A DNA stretch of 40,659 bases from Candidatus Iainarchaeum sp. (GTDB lineage: Archaea; Iainarchaeota; Iainarchaeia; Iainarchaeales; DTGL01), in the NCBI GenBank assembly GCA_038886995.1, contig JAWALG010000007.1:1-40659 (forward strand), in the 5' to 3' direction. A program made the position numbers and the translations under genes. The stretch's first letter is position 1. The number at the start of each line of letters is the position of its first letter. Shown in pieces: positions 9,968-21,217 of this stretch. The notes below the pieces were generated by a model. The model was not told the DNA's origin. It did not search any database and saw nothing but the letters and a program-made list of their open reading frames with translations.

Positions 9968-11263
9968 TTGATGAGATGTTTTGATTTATTGCACAAAATT
10001 GGGGCTAAGCCCGGAGATAGGATAAAGGTTGAGACAAATAAAGGCACTTATTCTGGTGTGTTGTTACCATCTTCTAACTTTTTGGAAATTAAACTTTCTA
10101 ATGGCTATAATGTTGGATTTATGACTGAATCTGTAAAAAGATTAAGCTTATTGGAAAAAGCTTCAGCCCACCCTAAAAAAAATGCTGACAAAAAGAACCT
10201 CGATTCGAAACTACCTTTGATTTTCATACTACACACTGGGGGAACAATAGCAAGCAAAGTTGATTATAGCACAGGTGGCGTTTCGCCGAGCATTGATTCT
10301 GAAGAGATCATTTCTGAAATACCTGAAATCAGCAAAATAGCGAATATAAAATCAGTTTTTGTCTCAAACGTGCTTTCAGAAGAAATTTGTTTTCAGCATT
10401 ACGGGCTTTTTGCTAGAGCAATAAAAAATGCAATTGAAGAAAAGCCGAAAGGAATTATCATAACGCATGGCACAGATACAATGCATTATTCTGCAAGTGC
10501 AATGTCCTTTATATTTGAAAACCTGCCATTACCAATAATATTTGTTGGCTCGCAAAGAAGCAGCGATAGGCCTAGCACTGATGCAAAGTTAAACATGATA
10601 AACGCCGCAAAATTTATCACAAAGACCGATTTTGTAGGAGTTGCAATTTGTATGCATGCTGACATTAGCGATGATTCCTGCTATATATTGCCTGGCACAA
10701 AAAGCAGGAAAATGCACAGCACTAGAAGGGATGCATTCCGTGCTATAAACAGCAGCCCAATAGCAAAAGTTAGTCAAGAAAGCATAGAGTATTTGCAAAA
10801 ATACCAAAAATACAGTGGCGGCCAGCTTAAAATTAATGATAAGTTTGAGGAACGTGTTGCAATTTTGAGGGCTAGGCCTGGGTTAAGAGCCGAAGAAATA
10901 AAATTTTTCCAGGAAAAGGAATATAAAGGGCTTATAATAGAAGGGACAGGCATGGGGCATATTGCGATATCAGAAGGTAAAAACACTGAAAATCTTGAAG
11001 CTGTAAGGTCACTTATTGATTCTGGCTGTGTGGTTTGCATGACAACACAATGCATATTTGGCAGGACAAATCCAAATGTCTATAGCACTGGCAGACGCCT
11101 GAAAGAAGTTGGTGTGATTTTCTTGGAAGATATGACTACAGAAACAGCATACATAAAATTGTCTTGGCTTATTGGCAACTTTGGCCTAGAAAAAGCAAAA
11201 GAGCTCATGCAAAAAAACCTTCGCGGGGAAATTGACGAAAGGAGTGGCCTAGAATTTTTGTAA
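9968..11263 (+). CDS. gatD: Glu-tRNA(Gln) amidotransferase subunit D
   Basis: N-terminal KLSNGYNVG domain, TGGTIASKVDY, HGTDTM, GSQRSSDRPS, RKMHSTRRDAF and C-terminal NLRGEI. Confidence 0.96.
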   Translation: MMRCFDLLHKIGAKPGDRIKVETNKGTYSGVLLPSSNFLEIKLSNGYNVGFMTESVKRLSLLEKASAHPKKNADKKNLDSKLPLIFILHTGGTIASKVDYSTGGVSPSIDSEEIISEIPEISKIANIKSVFVSNVLSEEICFQHYGLFARAIKNAIEEKPKGIIITHGTDTMHYSASAMSFIFENLPLPIIFVGSQRSSDRPSTDAKLNMINAAKFITKTDFVGVAICMHADISDDSCYILPGTKSRKMHSTRRDAFRAINSSPIAKVSQESIEYLQKYQKYSGGQLKINDKFEERVAILRARPGLRAEEIKFFQEKEYKGLIIEGTGMGHIAISEGKNTENLEAVRSLIDSGCVVCMTTQCIFGRTNPNVYSTGRRLKEVGVIFLEDMTTETAYIKLSWLIGNFGLEKAKELMQKNLRGEIDERSGLEFL

Positions 11264-11299
11264 ATTTTTTATTTTAAGAAAAAATTTTGGAGGTATTTT

Positions 11300-11500
11300 A
11301 TGGTAATGGCAAAGTGCCCTAAATGCGGGTCAGAAAACATTGACTTTGGATATCCAACAGCTTATAACCGCAGGCTTATATTCATATCTTCGAAGCAAAA
11401 GGGCCTTTTTGCAAATCCTGAAAATATAAAACAGCTTACCGCATATGTCTGCCTTGATTGTGGATATGTGGAATTTTCAGTGGATTCTACAAAAAGTTAA
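11300..11500 (+). CDS. Small zinc-ribbon (CPxCG) protein
   Basis: CPKCG...CLDCGYVEF, with a strong SD (GGAGGT) upstream. Confidence 0.8.
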   Translation: MVMAKCPKCGSENIDFGYPTAYNRRLIFISSKQKGLFANPENIKQLTAYVCLDCGYVEFSVDSTKS

Positions 11501-11528
11501 GGTCAAATAAAAAGAAGCGATTTTGCAA

Positions 11529-11996
11529 CTACTTTATTTCCCTTAAACGATAGCTCAAAAGCTTTTCAAAGCCCTTTGTATAGTGGAAGTCACCTTCAAA
11601 ATGCTTTCCAGATAGAAGCATAGGATACCAATACTTGTCATCAGGCCACATCTCATTGAAAGGCAAATTTTTGATGTCAAACCATTCAAGTAAGCCCTCT
11701 TCGCTAGGCATTTCCGTTCCAGAAAAAATTTTAGCTGCAAAAATGTGCACGACCCAAACTGGCTCACTCGAATTTTCAAAAAAGAAATTAACCTTTCCAA
11801 CCTCTGAGAGTTTTTCTACTTTAAGGCCTGTTTCCTCGAAAACTTCGCGCCTTACAGCTTCAAAGCAGGTTTCGCCGTCCTTGACTTTGCCGCCAGGCAT
11901 GTTCCACTTGCCTTCACCAAATCTTCCCTTGGCCTTTCTCTGCAAAAGTATTTTCCCATCTTTTTGTATCATACAAAGCGTTGCAACTACCGGCAT
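11529..11996 (-). CDS. NUDIX hydrolase, 8-oxo-dGTP diphosphatase (MutT/MTH1-like)
   Basis: Nudix box [24 protein letters not shown], plus GEGKWN and MWPDDKYW typical of the MTH1-like group. Confidence 0.9.
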   Translation of the reverse strand: MPVVATLCMIQKDGKILLQRKAKGRFGEGKWNMPGGKVKDGETCFEAVRREVFEETGLKVEKLSEVGKVNFFFENSSEPVWVVHIFAAKIFSGTEMPSEEGLLEWFDIKNLPFNEMWPDDKYWYPMLLSGKHFEGDFHYTKGFEKLLSYRLREIK

Positions 11997-12005
11997 CGAA
12001 ACCAG

Positions 12006-12992
12006 CTACTTGCTTGCAAGCACATATGCAAAAATCAGCGGTGCAACAATTGTAGCATCGCTTTCTATTATAAATTTTGGTGTGTCCACTGCTAATTTAC
12101 CCCATGTTATCTTCTCATTAGGCACAGCACCGGAGTAAGAGCCGTAGCTGGTTGTGGAGTCGCTTATCTGGCAAAAGTAGCCCCATTTTGGAACCTTTTT
12201 TCCGAGGTCTTGCTCAATCATTGGTACAACGCATATAGGGAAGTCACCAGCTATGCCCCCACCAATCTGGAAAAAGCCGATAGAGCTTTTTGCACTAGTT
12301 TTAATGTACCAGTCGGCAAGATCAATCATATATTCTATACCGCTGCGCACAATTCCAGGATTTTTTATGTCACCAGCAATGCAATGTGCAGCAAATATAT
12401 TGCCAATTGTAGAGTCCTCCCACCCTGGTACAAAGAGCGGAATTTTCTTTTCACATGCTGCCAAAACCCAACTATCCTTTGGGTCTATTTGATAGTATTT
12501 CCTGAGTGTGCCTTTCTCTATGATTCTGTAAAAGAATTCATGTGGAAATAACCTCACCGAGTTATTCTCTGCTTCCTTCCATTCTGCAACAATGGCCTTT
12601 TCTATCCTACGAATTGCCTCATCTTCAGGTATGCAAGTATCTGTAACACGATTTAAGTGTCTCCTGTAAAGGCGCTCTTCATCCGCAGGAGAGAGTTGTC
12701 TGTAATGAGGCACATGCTCATAAAAATTATGTGCTACAAGGTTAAAGATATCCTCTTCCAAATTAGCGCCTGTGCAGGAAATTGCATGAACTTTACCTCT
12801 GCGTATCATCTCAGCAAGGGTAATTCCAAGCTCAGCAGTGCTCATTGCTCCGGCCATTGCAACAAGCATTTTTCCGCCACGTTTTATGTGGCTTACATAG
12901 GCCTTGGATGCTGCTTTTAAGGCGTAAGCATTGAAATGCTTAAAGTTCCTGTCAATGAATTCCTTTACAGCAAAATAATTTTGGCCTGTCAT
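12006..12992 (-). CDS. Deoxyhypusine synthase family protein (bacterial-type DHS-like)
   Basis: HFNA, AGAMSTAELG, TGANLEED, NRVTD, PGWEDS, IGGGIAGDF, SYSGAVPNEKITWGK (active-site Lys) and SDATIVAP. Confidence 0.9.
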   Translation of the reverse strand: MTGQNYFAVKEFIDRNFKHFNAYALKAASKAYVSHIKRGGKMLVAMAGAMSTAELGITLAEMIRRGKVHAISCTGANLEEDIFNLVAHNFYEHVPHYRQLSPADEERLYRRHLNRVTDTCIPEDEAIRRIEKAIVAEWKEAENNSVRLFPHEFFYRIIEKGTLRKYYQIDPKDSWVLAACEKKIPLFVPGWEDSTIGNIFAAHCIAGDIKNPGIVRSGIEYMIDLADWYIKTSAKSSIGFFQIGGGIAGDFPICVVPMIEQDLGKKVPKWGYFCQISDSTTSYGSYSGAVPNEKITWGKLAVDTPKFIIESDATIVAPLIFAYVLASK

Positions 12993-13057
12993 AATGAGAT
13001 TATTTTATGTAAATTTTTATAAGGCTATTTGCAAGCTTTAAAAAAAGTCAAAAAAAA

Positions 13058-13714
13058 TTAAAGGGCGTATTGTCTCAAATATTTTTTCGCTTTAACTTTT
13101 TTCATAGAATAAAAGGCTTCTCTTTCTCTTTCCTCAAGCCTTTGCTCAATATACTTGGTAGAACTTTCAAGTTTGGGAATAATTATCTTTTCAAGCGAGT
13201 TAACTTTTCTCTTTGTTATAGCAATCTCAAAAGAAAGCCTTGCAACTGACGCCTCTTTCTCGGCCAACGAAACAATTTTCTCAAGGACTGATTCGAATTT
13301 CTCTGCTGATTCGTCCAAAACAGAGCTTGAACCAATAATTGAGTATCCACGTTCTAGCAAGGTTCTCCTTATGCCTGACGCCTTAAGCAAAGGAACTCTC
13401 GCACCCATAATATTTTTTTCTGAGACATTAAGCGCTATTTTTGATGTCATTGAAGAGTCCTCCGCGAAAGCTTCAAGGTTTAGAATACCGAGCTTTGCTT
13501 GGGCTATTGCCAGTGATTCGAAAGCGTTATCTAAAATGGCTTCCGTATCTGAGCGCAGTTGCCTTGCTGCATTCATTTCCTTGTAAAATTCGCTAAAAAG
13601 AGCATCCCTTTTCTCCTTCAAAAGCTTGTGGCCTTTCCTTGCGAGCTCTATCCTTTTTCTAAGCCTCAAAAGCTCCATCCGAGTTGGCTTGACGTTAAGT
13701 AGCATTAGAATCAC
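13058..13714 (-). CDS. atpD: A/V-type ATP synthase subunit D
   Basis: [26 protein letters not shown] and LEEREREAF. True start may be a few codons in. Confidence 0.96.
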   Translation of the reverse strand: MILMLLNVKPTRMELLRLRKRIELARKGHKLLKEKRDALFSEFYKEMNAARQLRSDTEAILDNAFESLAIAQAKLGILNLEAFAEDSSMTSKIALNVSEKNIMGARVPLLKASGIRRTLLERGYSIIGSSSVLDESAEKFESVLEKIVSLAEKEASVARLSFEIAITKRKVNSLEKIIIPKLESSTKYIEQRLEEREREAFYSMKKVKAKKYLRQYAL

Positions 13715-15156
13715 TTTTTGCGCTTCTGCTTCTTAGAGATTTTATTGTTCTCTAGCGGCTTTTTTTCTACGTTTATATTTGTTTTACCGTGTAGATATTT
13801 CTCAATATATTTTGGGTTAATCCTTTTTAGCTCCTTTTCGGGAATGATTTTGAAAAGATTCCAAGCAATTTCAAGGGTTTTTTCAATAGGGCGGTCTTCA
13901 TTAAAGCCCTGGCATATAAATTCTTTTTCAAAGTGCTCTGCAAACTCGAGAAACTTTTTGTCACGGTCACTAAGCGCATCCTCGCCAACAACCGCCACTA
14001 GATCTTTCTTGTCCATACCTTCAGAGTATGCTGCATAAAGTTGGTTTGAGACATCAGCATGGTCTTCCCTTGTTTTTCCAACGCCTATGCCTTTGGACAT
14101 AAGCCTGCTCAAAGATGGCCTCGGATCTATCGGCGGATAAATGCCCTGCCTATGAAGCGCCCTGCTCAAAACAATCTGGCCTTCAGTTATATAACCAGTG
14201 TTATCCGGGATCGGATGTGTCTTATCATCATCTGGCATTGAAAGTATTGGTAACTGTGTTATCGATCCTGGCAAGCCCTTTATGCGCCCAGCCCTTTCGT
14301 ATATTGAGGCCAGATCAGTATACATATAACCAGGATATCCGCGCCTTCCAGGAACTTCTTCCCTTGCTGAGCTTATCTCCCTCAAGGCCTCACAATAGTT
14401 AGACATATCTGAAAGTATTACTAGAACATGCATGCCTTTATCAAAAGCAAGAAACTCGGCAGTAGTCAATGCGATTCTTGGGGTTATAAGACGCTCTATG
14501 GCTGGGTCATCAGCAAAGTTCAAGAAAAGGACAACCCTTTCCAGAGCGCCGGTTCTTTCAAACTCCTCACGGAAGAAGTTTGCCTCTTCATGTGTTACAC
14601 CCATAGCACCAAAGACAATTGCAAATTTCTCATCTTCGCCAAGGACTTTTGCTTGTCTTACGATTTGCGCAGCAAGCTTATTGTGTGGCAAACCTGCACC
14701 GGAGAATATAGGCAGTTTTTGCCCCCTAACAAGAGTGTTCATACAATCTATTGTGCTTATGCCTGTTTGGATAAAGTCGCTTGGATTGTCTCGGCTTGTT
14801 GGGTTTATTGCCAAGCCATTTATATCAAGTTCTTTTTCACCAAGCACTTCTGGGCCAGAATCAATCGGCTTGCCAATTCCATTGAAAACCCTGCCAAGCA
14901 TCTCGCGGCCGACTCTAATTGTAAAGGTTTTGCCCAAGAACTTCACACTTGAATTTTTAGTATCAATGCCAGAGGTGCCTTCAAAGACCTGAACAACAGC
15001 AAAATCCTCAGAAACCTCCAAAACTTGCCCATTCTTTATGGATGAATCTGGAAGCTTTACCTGCACTATTTCCTGAAATCTGACACCTTTGGTGTTTTTC
15101 ACAAATATAAGTGGCCCGGCGGCCCTTTCAATCGTGCGATATTCTTTTATCATCAT
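13711..15156 (-). CDS. atpB: A/V-type ATP synthase subunit B
   Basis: [33 protein letters not shown] and HPIPD. Confidence 0.98.
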   Translation of the reverse strand: MMIKEYRTIERAAGPLIFVKNTKGVRFQEIVQVKLPDSSIKNGQVLEVSEDFAVVQVFEGTSGIDTKNSSVKFLGKTFTIRVGREMLGRVFNGIGKPIDSGPEVLGEKELDINGLAINPTSRDNPSDFIQTGISTIDCMNTLVRGQKLPIFSGAGLPHNKLAAQIVRQAKVLGEDEKFAIVFGAMGVTHEEANFFREEFERTGALERVVLFLNFADDPAIERLITPRIALTTAEFLAFDKGMHVLVILSDMSNYCEALREISSAREEVPGRRGYPGYMYTDLASIYERAGRIKGLPGSITQLPILSMPDDDKTHPIPDNTGYITEGQIVLSRALHRQGIYPPIDPRPSLSRLMSKGIGVGKTREDHADVSNQLYAAYSEGMDKKDLVAVVGEDALSDRDKKFLEFAEHFEKEFICQGFNEDRPIEKTLEIAWNLFKIIPEKELKRINPKYIEKYLHGKTNINVEKKPLENNKISKKQKRKK

Positions 15157-16917
15157 TTAAGCCACCCCTTTTTTCATTGTTTTTTGTTTTCTTCCAAGCT
15201 CTTCAAACTCTTTAGCCATTAGTTGCTTCAAGCCCCTAATCTCAGATTCAAAGTTCTCTATTGGCACATACTTAAGGCGTGCGATTCTTTGCACCGATTC
15301 AAGATTGCTTAGCTCATCACATGTTGCAAACTCAGCCGACATTGCCTTTTCTTCAAACATCAATATTGCTTGAGCTATGCCCAACTGTTTCTGTGGTTGG
15401 CAGTAAGTATCAACCTCATTATATGCGTTCTGTTGCAAGAAATCTTCCCGAATCATTCTGGCAATTTCAAGAAGTATGCGGTCCTTTTGGGGCAAAGCAT
15501 CTGGCCCTACAATCTGCACTATCTCCAAAAGCTGTGCTTCCTTTTGCAAGATAGCCATTATCCTTGCCCTTGCTTTTGACCACTCTTTGGATATGTGCAT
15601 CTCAGCCCATTTGCCAACATCATCTGCATACAGAGAGTATGATGAAAGCCAATTTATTGAAGGAAAATGACGCCTTTCACTAAGAGCAGCATCCAAAGCC
15701 CAGAAAACTTTTGTGATTCTTAGCGTGTTTTGTGTTACGGGCTCTGAAAAATCACCACCTGGGGGTGAAACAGCACCTATTGCACTAACTGAGCCGATCT
15801 CACCATTTAGTGTCTTTACAAGGCCAGCCCTCTCGTAAAACTCGGCGATTCTGCTTCCAAGATAAGCAGGATAGCCCTCTTCACCAGGCATCTCTTCAAG
15901 ACGCGAAGACACTTCACGCAATGCTTCGGCCCATCTTGAAGTAGAGTCAGCCATAAGCGCAACATTATAACCTTGGTCTCTGTAATACTCAGCAATTGTT
16001 ATGCCAGTGTAAATAGATGCCTCCCTTGCAGCAACCGGCATGTTTGATGTATTTGCTATGAGCACAGTCCTATTCATGAGCGGCTTTCCTGTCCTTGGAT
16101 CCTTAAGCTTTGGGAACTCTGTTAGAACATCAGTCATCTCGTTACCGCGTTCGCCACAACCGACATAGACAATTATCTCCGCGTCTGCCCATTTTGCAAG
16201 TTGGTGTTGCATAACTGTTTTGCCTGAACCAAATGGGCCTGGTATGCTAGCTGTACCGCCCTTAGGCACTGGAAAAAGAAAGTCAACTACCCTCTGCCCT
16301 GTAACAAGAAGCTCTGATGGGCTTAACTTTTCAAGATAAGGTCTTTTCTGCTTTGCGGGCCATTCTTGCATTAACCTTACATCATAGCCATCAACTTTGC
16401 AGATTACATCATCAACTGAAAAATCACCTTCGCTAATCCCAGAAACCTTTCCATTAAGAGGAACAGGAACTAATATCTTATGGATAATTGATTCTGTCTC
16501 ATTGACTGTGCCAATAACTTGGCCGCCTTGGACCATTGAACCATTTTTAATACTGGGTATAAAATGCCACTTTTTCTTGCGATCCAAAGCAGGTGCAGAT
16601 ATTCCACGAGCAATAAAATGCCCACCTTTTTGTTGTATGACCTCAAGAGGCCTTTGAATTCCATCATATGTGCTCCCTAAGAGACCTGGGCCAAGCTCAA
16701 TGCTAAGTGGTTTGCCTGTGCACTCTATTGGTTCACCTGGCATTAGGCCAGCGGTTTCCTCGTAAACTTGTATAGTGGCACGGTCCTTCTCAAGCCGTAT
16801 TATTTCACCAAAGAGTTTTTCGTTCCCAACCTTTACAACTTCATTTACTTTCGCACCGGTAATATTTTTTGCCTCAATAACAGGTCCAGAAATTCTTGTT
16901 ATTATTGGGTTATCCAT
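15157..16917 (-). CDS. atpA: A/V-type ATP synthase subunit A
   Basis: P-loop [30 protein letters not shown] and [14 protein letters not shown]. 586 aa, no intein. Confidence 0.98.
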   Translation of the reverse strand: MDNPIITRISGPVIEAKNITGAKVNEVVKVGNEKLFGEIIRLEKDRATIQVYEETAGLMPGEPIECTGKPLSIELGPGLLGSTYDGIQRPLEVIQQKGGHFIARGISAPALDRKKKWHFIPSIKNGSMVQGGQVIGTVNETESIIHKILVPVPLNGKVSGISEGDFSVDDVICKVDGYDVRLMQEWPAKQKRPYLEKLSPSELLVTGQRVVDFLFPVPKGGTASIPGPFGSGKTVMQHQLAKWADAEIIVYVGCGERGNEMTDVLTEFPKLKDPRTGKPLMNRTVLIANTSNMPVAAREASIYTGITIAEYYRDQGYNVALMADSTSRWAEALREVSSRLEEMPGEEGYPAYLGSRIAEFYERAGLVKTLNGEIGSVSAIGAVSPPGGDFSEPVTQNTLRITKVFWALDAALSERRHFPSINWLSSYSLYADDVGKWAEMHISKEWSKARARIMAILQKEAQLLEIVQIVGPDALPQKDRILLEIARMIREDFLQQNAYNEVDTYCQPQKQLGIAQAILMFEEKAMSAEFATCDELSNLESVQRIARLKYVPIENFESEIRGLKQLMAKEFEELGRKQKTMKKGVA

Positions 16918-16921
16918 AAGT

Positions 16922-17269
16922 TCACCTCTTTTTAATTCCAGATGCCCAACCTACGACAAAGTTAAATATTTCCGAGCCAGGCCTTTCTTTCCAGGAAGGC
17001 ATCTCAATTATAACTGGCATCCTATTAAGCTCAATAAACAAAAGAACCTCCTTCAGTATCTTATGGCATGTGCTGTCAAGTATCAAAAGTCCCACATTGG
17101 GTTCTGAAGTTATTGAGTTGAATTGCTTTAACAACTCAAAACTATCGTCTGATGCTACAATTGCTTTTTTCACACCCGCGAGCTTAAATCCCGTGACTGT
17201 TTTCTCATCGCCTAAAACTGCAATTCTAAAATTTTTTGAAGAATCTTGGGAACATTCCATATCATACAC
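16922..17269 (-). CDS. atpF: A/V-type ATP synthase subunit F
   Basis: IAVLGDEKTVTGFKLAGV and PVIIEMP; operon position. Confidence 0.92.
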   Translation of the reverse strand: MYDMECSQDSSKNFRIAVLGDEKTVTGFKLAGVKKAIVASDDSFELLKQFNSITSEPNVGLLILDSTCHKILKEVLLFIELNRMPVIIEMPSWKERPGSEIFNFVVGWASGIKKR

Positions 17270-18398
17270 CTAAAACAACTTCGCCAACCTTGTCTTTTGG
17301 CAGCCCAATGCGTATGCTGTTCAGTATTGCCCTAATGTTAAGTATCTCGGCTTCTTTTAGGGCTAGATAGCATGCAATTGGCGTTAACCCAAATGGCTGC
17401 TTGAGGTAATAAGATTTCACAGATTGTAGCCATAAATCATCAAGGGCTTTTTCTATTTGGTTAAGCGAGCCCTTTGTGTTAAAGTTACGTAGCTTTTCTG
17501 ACAGGAGATCATGGTATGGGGTTCCTTCAATAGCACTTAGCATTGTGCCTATATCTCTAACATCTGAAAGCAGTTCGAGATGCTTATCGCCAATAAAATA
17601 GCCATTTTTTAATAAAAGCGAATTTAACTTTTCATGGCTTATGTTATCCCTCAAGCACCTCAGGGCAATTTTAAGGTTCATAATATCTGCCTGCATCCCA
17701 TAAATTTTTACCAAATACTGCTGGTCCTGTGTAATGCCGGCTTTCTTTACTACCTCATAAACCTTTTTTCTTCCTAGCGCTTTTTCAAAAATATACCTGT
17801 CAAGTGCCTTCTGGAATTCAATTGCTGATACATCTGCTGGCAGTGATTCTGCAAATTCCCTATAAGGTGTTGCTTTAAGCATTTCAATGATTTCTTGTAT
17901 TGACTCTGCTTCGTTCATCTTTTGGAGAAAGGCCTCTGACAAGATCCCTGGATAAAATTCAACTTCGGTAGAACCTGTCTCTTTGGCTGAAACAATTGCC
18001 CTTACGTTTTCCAGGTCATATCTCGCGCAAAGAAGTTTGAAGAATGGTTCTGCTTTTCTTGGGCAGCTCCTAACTATTGTGCGGTAGTCGTTAGCTAAGT
18101 TTAAAGAGAGCGCTTTCTCTATCTTCGCAATATCATTTTTTCCCGCAACGTATGGCTCGTAAGAGGTGCCTTCAAAAGAGCTTACAACTTCATTAATGCT
18201 TTTAGCATCAGAAAGTTCATTTATTTTCTCGGAGCCAAGCATCTTGCCATGCATTACTCTTACCCTTGAAGAAACATAAGCGTAGCTTGCTATTGGAAGT
18301 GCACGCTTAATTAGAAAAATGAGTGTGGCTATAGCTGCCAAGAAAACCCAAAATAGAGGCCTATCAACAATCAGCAAAACACCAAACAATAACAGCAT
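17262..18398 (-). CDS. atpC: A/V-type ATP synthase subunit C (with hydrophobic N-terminal extension)
   Basis: YAYVSSRVR, three repeated (G/A)TxY motifs and KEAEILNIRAI; operon position. Confidence 0.92.
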   Translation of the reverse strand: MLLLFGVLLIVDRPLFWVFLAAIATLIFLIKRALPIASYAYVSSRVRVMHGKMLGSEKINELSDAKSINEVVSSFEGTSYEPYVAGKNDIAKIEKALSLNLANDYRTIVRSCPRKAEPFFKLLCARYDLENVRAIVSAKETGSTEVEFYPGILSEAFLQKMNEAESIQEIIEMLKATPYREFAESLPADVSAIEFQKALDRYIFEKALGRKKVYEVVKKAGITQDQQYLVKIYGMQADIMNLKIALRCLRDNISHEKLNSLLLKNGYFIGDKHLELLSDVRDIGTMLSAIEGTPYHDLLSEKLRNFNTKGSLNQIEKALDDLWLQSVKSYYLKQPFGLTPIACYLALKEAEILNIRAILNSIRIGLPKDKVGEVVLGV

Positions 18399-18962
18399 TC
18401 AATCACCAAGCCCCATAACCATTGCCTTTTTAATCTCTGGAATCTTCAATTCTAGAAGTGCTTCAAAGGTGCAGTCGATAAAAATGCTACTATTAGCAGA
18501 CCTAACTACTGCGCCTGTGCCTATTTGCTGTGATTTTGTAATTTTTGCCCGTGCACTGCTGATTGCATTTTTCACTATTTCAAAGTCCTCTGCGCTGCAC
18601 TCTATGATGATGTCTTCGCTAGGCATGCTTGTAATGGCCTCAAGAAGCATTTTTCTTAACTTTTTTTCATATGCTTTTTCTTTCCTTAGATCTGGCAGAT
18701 TTATATCATGTATGATTTCACCAAGTTTCTTATCAATAAGAGCCATGCGCTCTTTTTTTGCGGAAAGAACTGCTCTTGATACAAAGCGTTTCTCCTCAAT
18801 GGCTGCTTCTTTCTCAGCGTTTGATATAATCTCTGATCTAATCCTTTCTGCCTCTGCCAGGGCCTTTGCTTTTATCTCTTCTGCTTCCTTTTCGCATGCC
18901 TGCTCTATTGCCTTTGCCTTCCTTTTTGCATCAGCCATTATCCTTTCCATTATCGCCTGCAT
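18399..18962 (-). CDS. atpE: A/V-type ATP synthase subunit E
   Basis: Ala/Glu/Lys coiled coil and C-terminal IGTGAVVRS...IDCTFEALL; operon position. Confidence 0.88.
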   Translation of the reverse strand: MQAIMERIMADAKRKAKAIEQACEKEAEEIKAKALAEAERIRSEIISNAEKEAAIEEKRFVSRAVLSAKKERMALIDKKLGEIIHDINLPDLRKEKAYEKKLRKMLLEAITSMPSEDIIIECSAEDFEIVKNAISSARAKITKSQQIGTGAVVRSANSSIFIDCTFEALLELKIPEIKKAMVMGLGD

Positions 18963-18998
18963 TTTCCCACTTCTGCTTTTTATCCTTTATGCTATTCC

Positions 18999-19256
18999 TT
19001 AAAAGGCACCTGCGCCTGAAGCCACGACGAAGATTATCAGTATGGCTATTACGAAGCCGTATATTGCTTGTGTCTCTGATATCGCTGTAAGCACCAGCAT
19101 CTTTCCGAAGCTGTAATCCTTCTCAGCTACGCCGCCAACAGCAGCTGCCGCTGTCATTCCTTGCCCCAAAGCCGAGCCGGCTGCGGCTATGCCAACAGCA
19201 AGCCCTGCGCCGACCATCATCAAGCCAAGTGCACTCATTGTTGCTGGATCAGCCAT
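18999..19256 (-). CDS. atpK: A/V-type ATP synthase proteolipid subunit K (c), single hairpin
   Basis: Two TM helices with GSALGQG and ETQAIYG (ion-binding Glu). Confidence 0.95.
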   Translation of the reverse strand: MADPATMSALGLMMVGAGLAVGIAAAGSALGQGMTAAAAVGGVAEKDYSFGKMLVLTAISETQAIYGFVIAILIIFVVASGAGAF

Positions 19257-19258
19257 AA

Positions 19259-21217
19259 CTACACCTCCTTTTTTTCAGTAAACTTTCGCGGGAAGTAAAA
19301 TGGTTTAAATTCCTTCCCGCTGCCTGAATAGAAAAATGAAAAGAATTCAACAAAGTGTAACCTTAACGGGTGTATAAACGATGAAAGCACATTGAACAAA
19401 AGGTTTGCAATATGCCCAAAGAAAAGAAAAGCAATGCCCAAAACAAGGCCAATAACAGGCACCGCAAACAACAGCTGTGCCAAAATGTTTATTGACATTG
19501 CTATTGCAAATGTTGAAATGCTCAGGACCATAATCCTAGAATATGAAAGCACATTTCCAACAAAGCCGCTTATCTTCATAAGCCCAACAGGCCCTGATGA
19601 CACAACAAGCAAAGTGAGTGCCATTATTAGCAAAATTATGCCTGCAAACTGGAACGCTTGCACACCTGGCAACAAAAAGCTTGCAGCATAGAATGCAAGC
19701 CCTGCCTCAAGTATGAAATATACCATTTTGTCGGTGAGCGCCATTTTATAGTCCTTTTTTCTTAGGTCCTCAATAAAACCCAGGAGAATCGCAAAGTTTA
19801 AGTGCAACAAGCCAATTGCCCACATAGAGCCAATAAAAAGAAGCGTATAGCTTTGCCCCGAAGGTGCTTTTGAGAAGAGATCTATAATTGCAAGCTTTTT
19901 CATACTATCGCCGCCAAGGTCACCGAAAAAGCCGCCGAATACAAAACCAAACAAGATTGTTGTTATCGCGCCGTGAATCATTATATTTGAAAGGCATTTC
20001 ATCGAGAAGCTTCGCTTTGCGAAAGTTAAGCGAACTGCTAACATTGCTGCCAAGAAAACTAGGCCGTAGCCAACATCGGAAAAGGCAAGACCAAAAAGTA
20101 TTGGATATAGGACCCCAATGAATATTGTTGGATCAATTGAATTGTATTCCGGCAATCCATAAAGCTTAAGTAAAAACTCATAGTTCTTAAAATAACCCTT
20201 GTGCTTTAGCAGAATCGGTGCCTCATCTTCTGAAAATGCTACTTCTTCAACATAAAAGCGCCCTTTGGTTGCTACCTTAAGCTTTTGCATGAAGCGCTTT
20301 TCTAGCTCAGCAGGCACAAATGCCTCAAAGAGGGTTGTTTTCTCAGTGCGTCCAAAAAGCTGCAAGGCCTTTTCCTTTGCTTTCTCAATCTCCAGCAGCT
20401 CTTGAATCACAAGGACTTTTTTCAAGAATTTTTTTTCTAGTGAGAGACATTCGCTTATGATTTTCTCCCTCTCTTTTTCAAGCGATTTAATCTCTCTTTC
20501 AATCCTTTTTATAGCATATTTCGGATGAGCTTTTGTCTCTGCGAAAACAAGGCGCTCAAAACCAATCTTCCTAAGTTTTGGCAGTATTAGGTTATAGGTC
20601 TCAACATCAATCAGGAACAGGACTGTTTTCTCCTCGACACCGACTGTTTTTAGAAGCCTAGCGTATTCAGCACCTTTGAGAATATCTACAAACTCCCCCT
20701 CAAATTCTGGCGCGATTTGCCCGACAATAACCTCAAAGTTACCATATTTTGATATTAAGCTGGGGTGGACTTCAAGCTCGGCAATCGCACTTAGTATTTC
20801 TTTTTCTTTTGCCAAAGAATTTATCCTTTCGCTTATCTCCTTAAGCCTTTGCTCCATCGTTTCGACTTTATTGAAAAGAGGATCCAAGAATGTTTTTATC
20901 TCCTTTTTAAGCTCTACAAAATCTAATGCCTTATCTCTCGGCTCTTCCTTAACAGAAATCATCGTCTTTATTTTTTCTCTTAAAGATGGTTCTTTTGAGT
21001 GAGCTTTAAAGAATGAAATTATTTTCCTTACACGGATAAGGTTATAGGCAGCAAATTTTTCTTTATCAGAGGCCTCAAAGAGCGAAAGGCCTTTTCCAGA
21101 AGCATCAACCCTTCTGAACTCAAGAAGTGGCTCATCATGAAAAGAGTCCAAAACTGATTGTATATCTGACGAAAGAAGCAGCACATTGAACTTTTTCATC
21201 TTGGCTGGCTTAAGCAT
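19259..21217 (-). CDS. atpI: A/V-type ATP synthase subunit I (a)
   Basis: MLKPAKMKK start (ATG 21217), YGLPEYNSIDPT, DVGYG, SYSR (essential Arg) and LRLHFVEFF. Confidence 0.96.
   Translation of the reverse strand: MLKPAKMKKFNVLLLSSDIQSVLDSFHDEPLLEFRRVDASGKGLSLFEASDKEKFAAYNLIRVRKIISFFKAHSKEPSLREKIKTMISVKEEPRDKALDFVELKKEIKTFLDPLFNKVETMEQRLKEISERINSLAKEKEILSAIAELEVHPSLISKYGNFEVIVGQIAPEFEGEFVDILKGAEYARLLKTVGVEEKTVLFLIDVETYNLILPKLRKIGFERLVFAETKAHPKYAIKRIEREIKSLEKEREKIISECLSLEKKFLKKVLVIQELLEIEKAKEKALQLFGRTEKTTLFEAFVPAELEKRFMQKLKVATKGRFYVEEVAFSEDEAPILLKHKGYFKNYEFLLKLYGLPEYNSIDPTIFIGVLYPILFGLAFSDVGYGLVFLAAMLAVRLTFAKRSFSMKCLSNIMIHGAITTILFGFVFGGFFGDLGGDSMKKLAIIDLFSKAPSGQSYTLLFIGSMWAIGLLHLNFAILLGFIEDLRKKDYKMALTDKMVYFILEAGLAFYAASFLLPGVQAFQFAGIILLIMALTLLVVSSGPVGLMKISGFVGNVLSYSRIMVLSISTFAIAMSINILAQLLFAVPVIGLVLGIAFLFFGHIANLLFNVLSSFIHPLRLHFVEFFSFFYSGSGKEFKPFYFPRKFTEKKEV

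Noticed and set aside
15157..16917. Intein in AtpA (a common insertion site)
   Set aside because: The length is 586 aa and GSGKTV is continuous, with no intein motifs.
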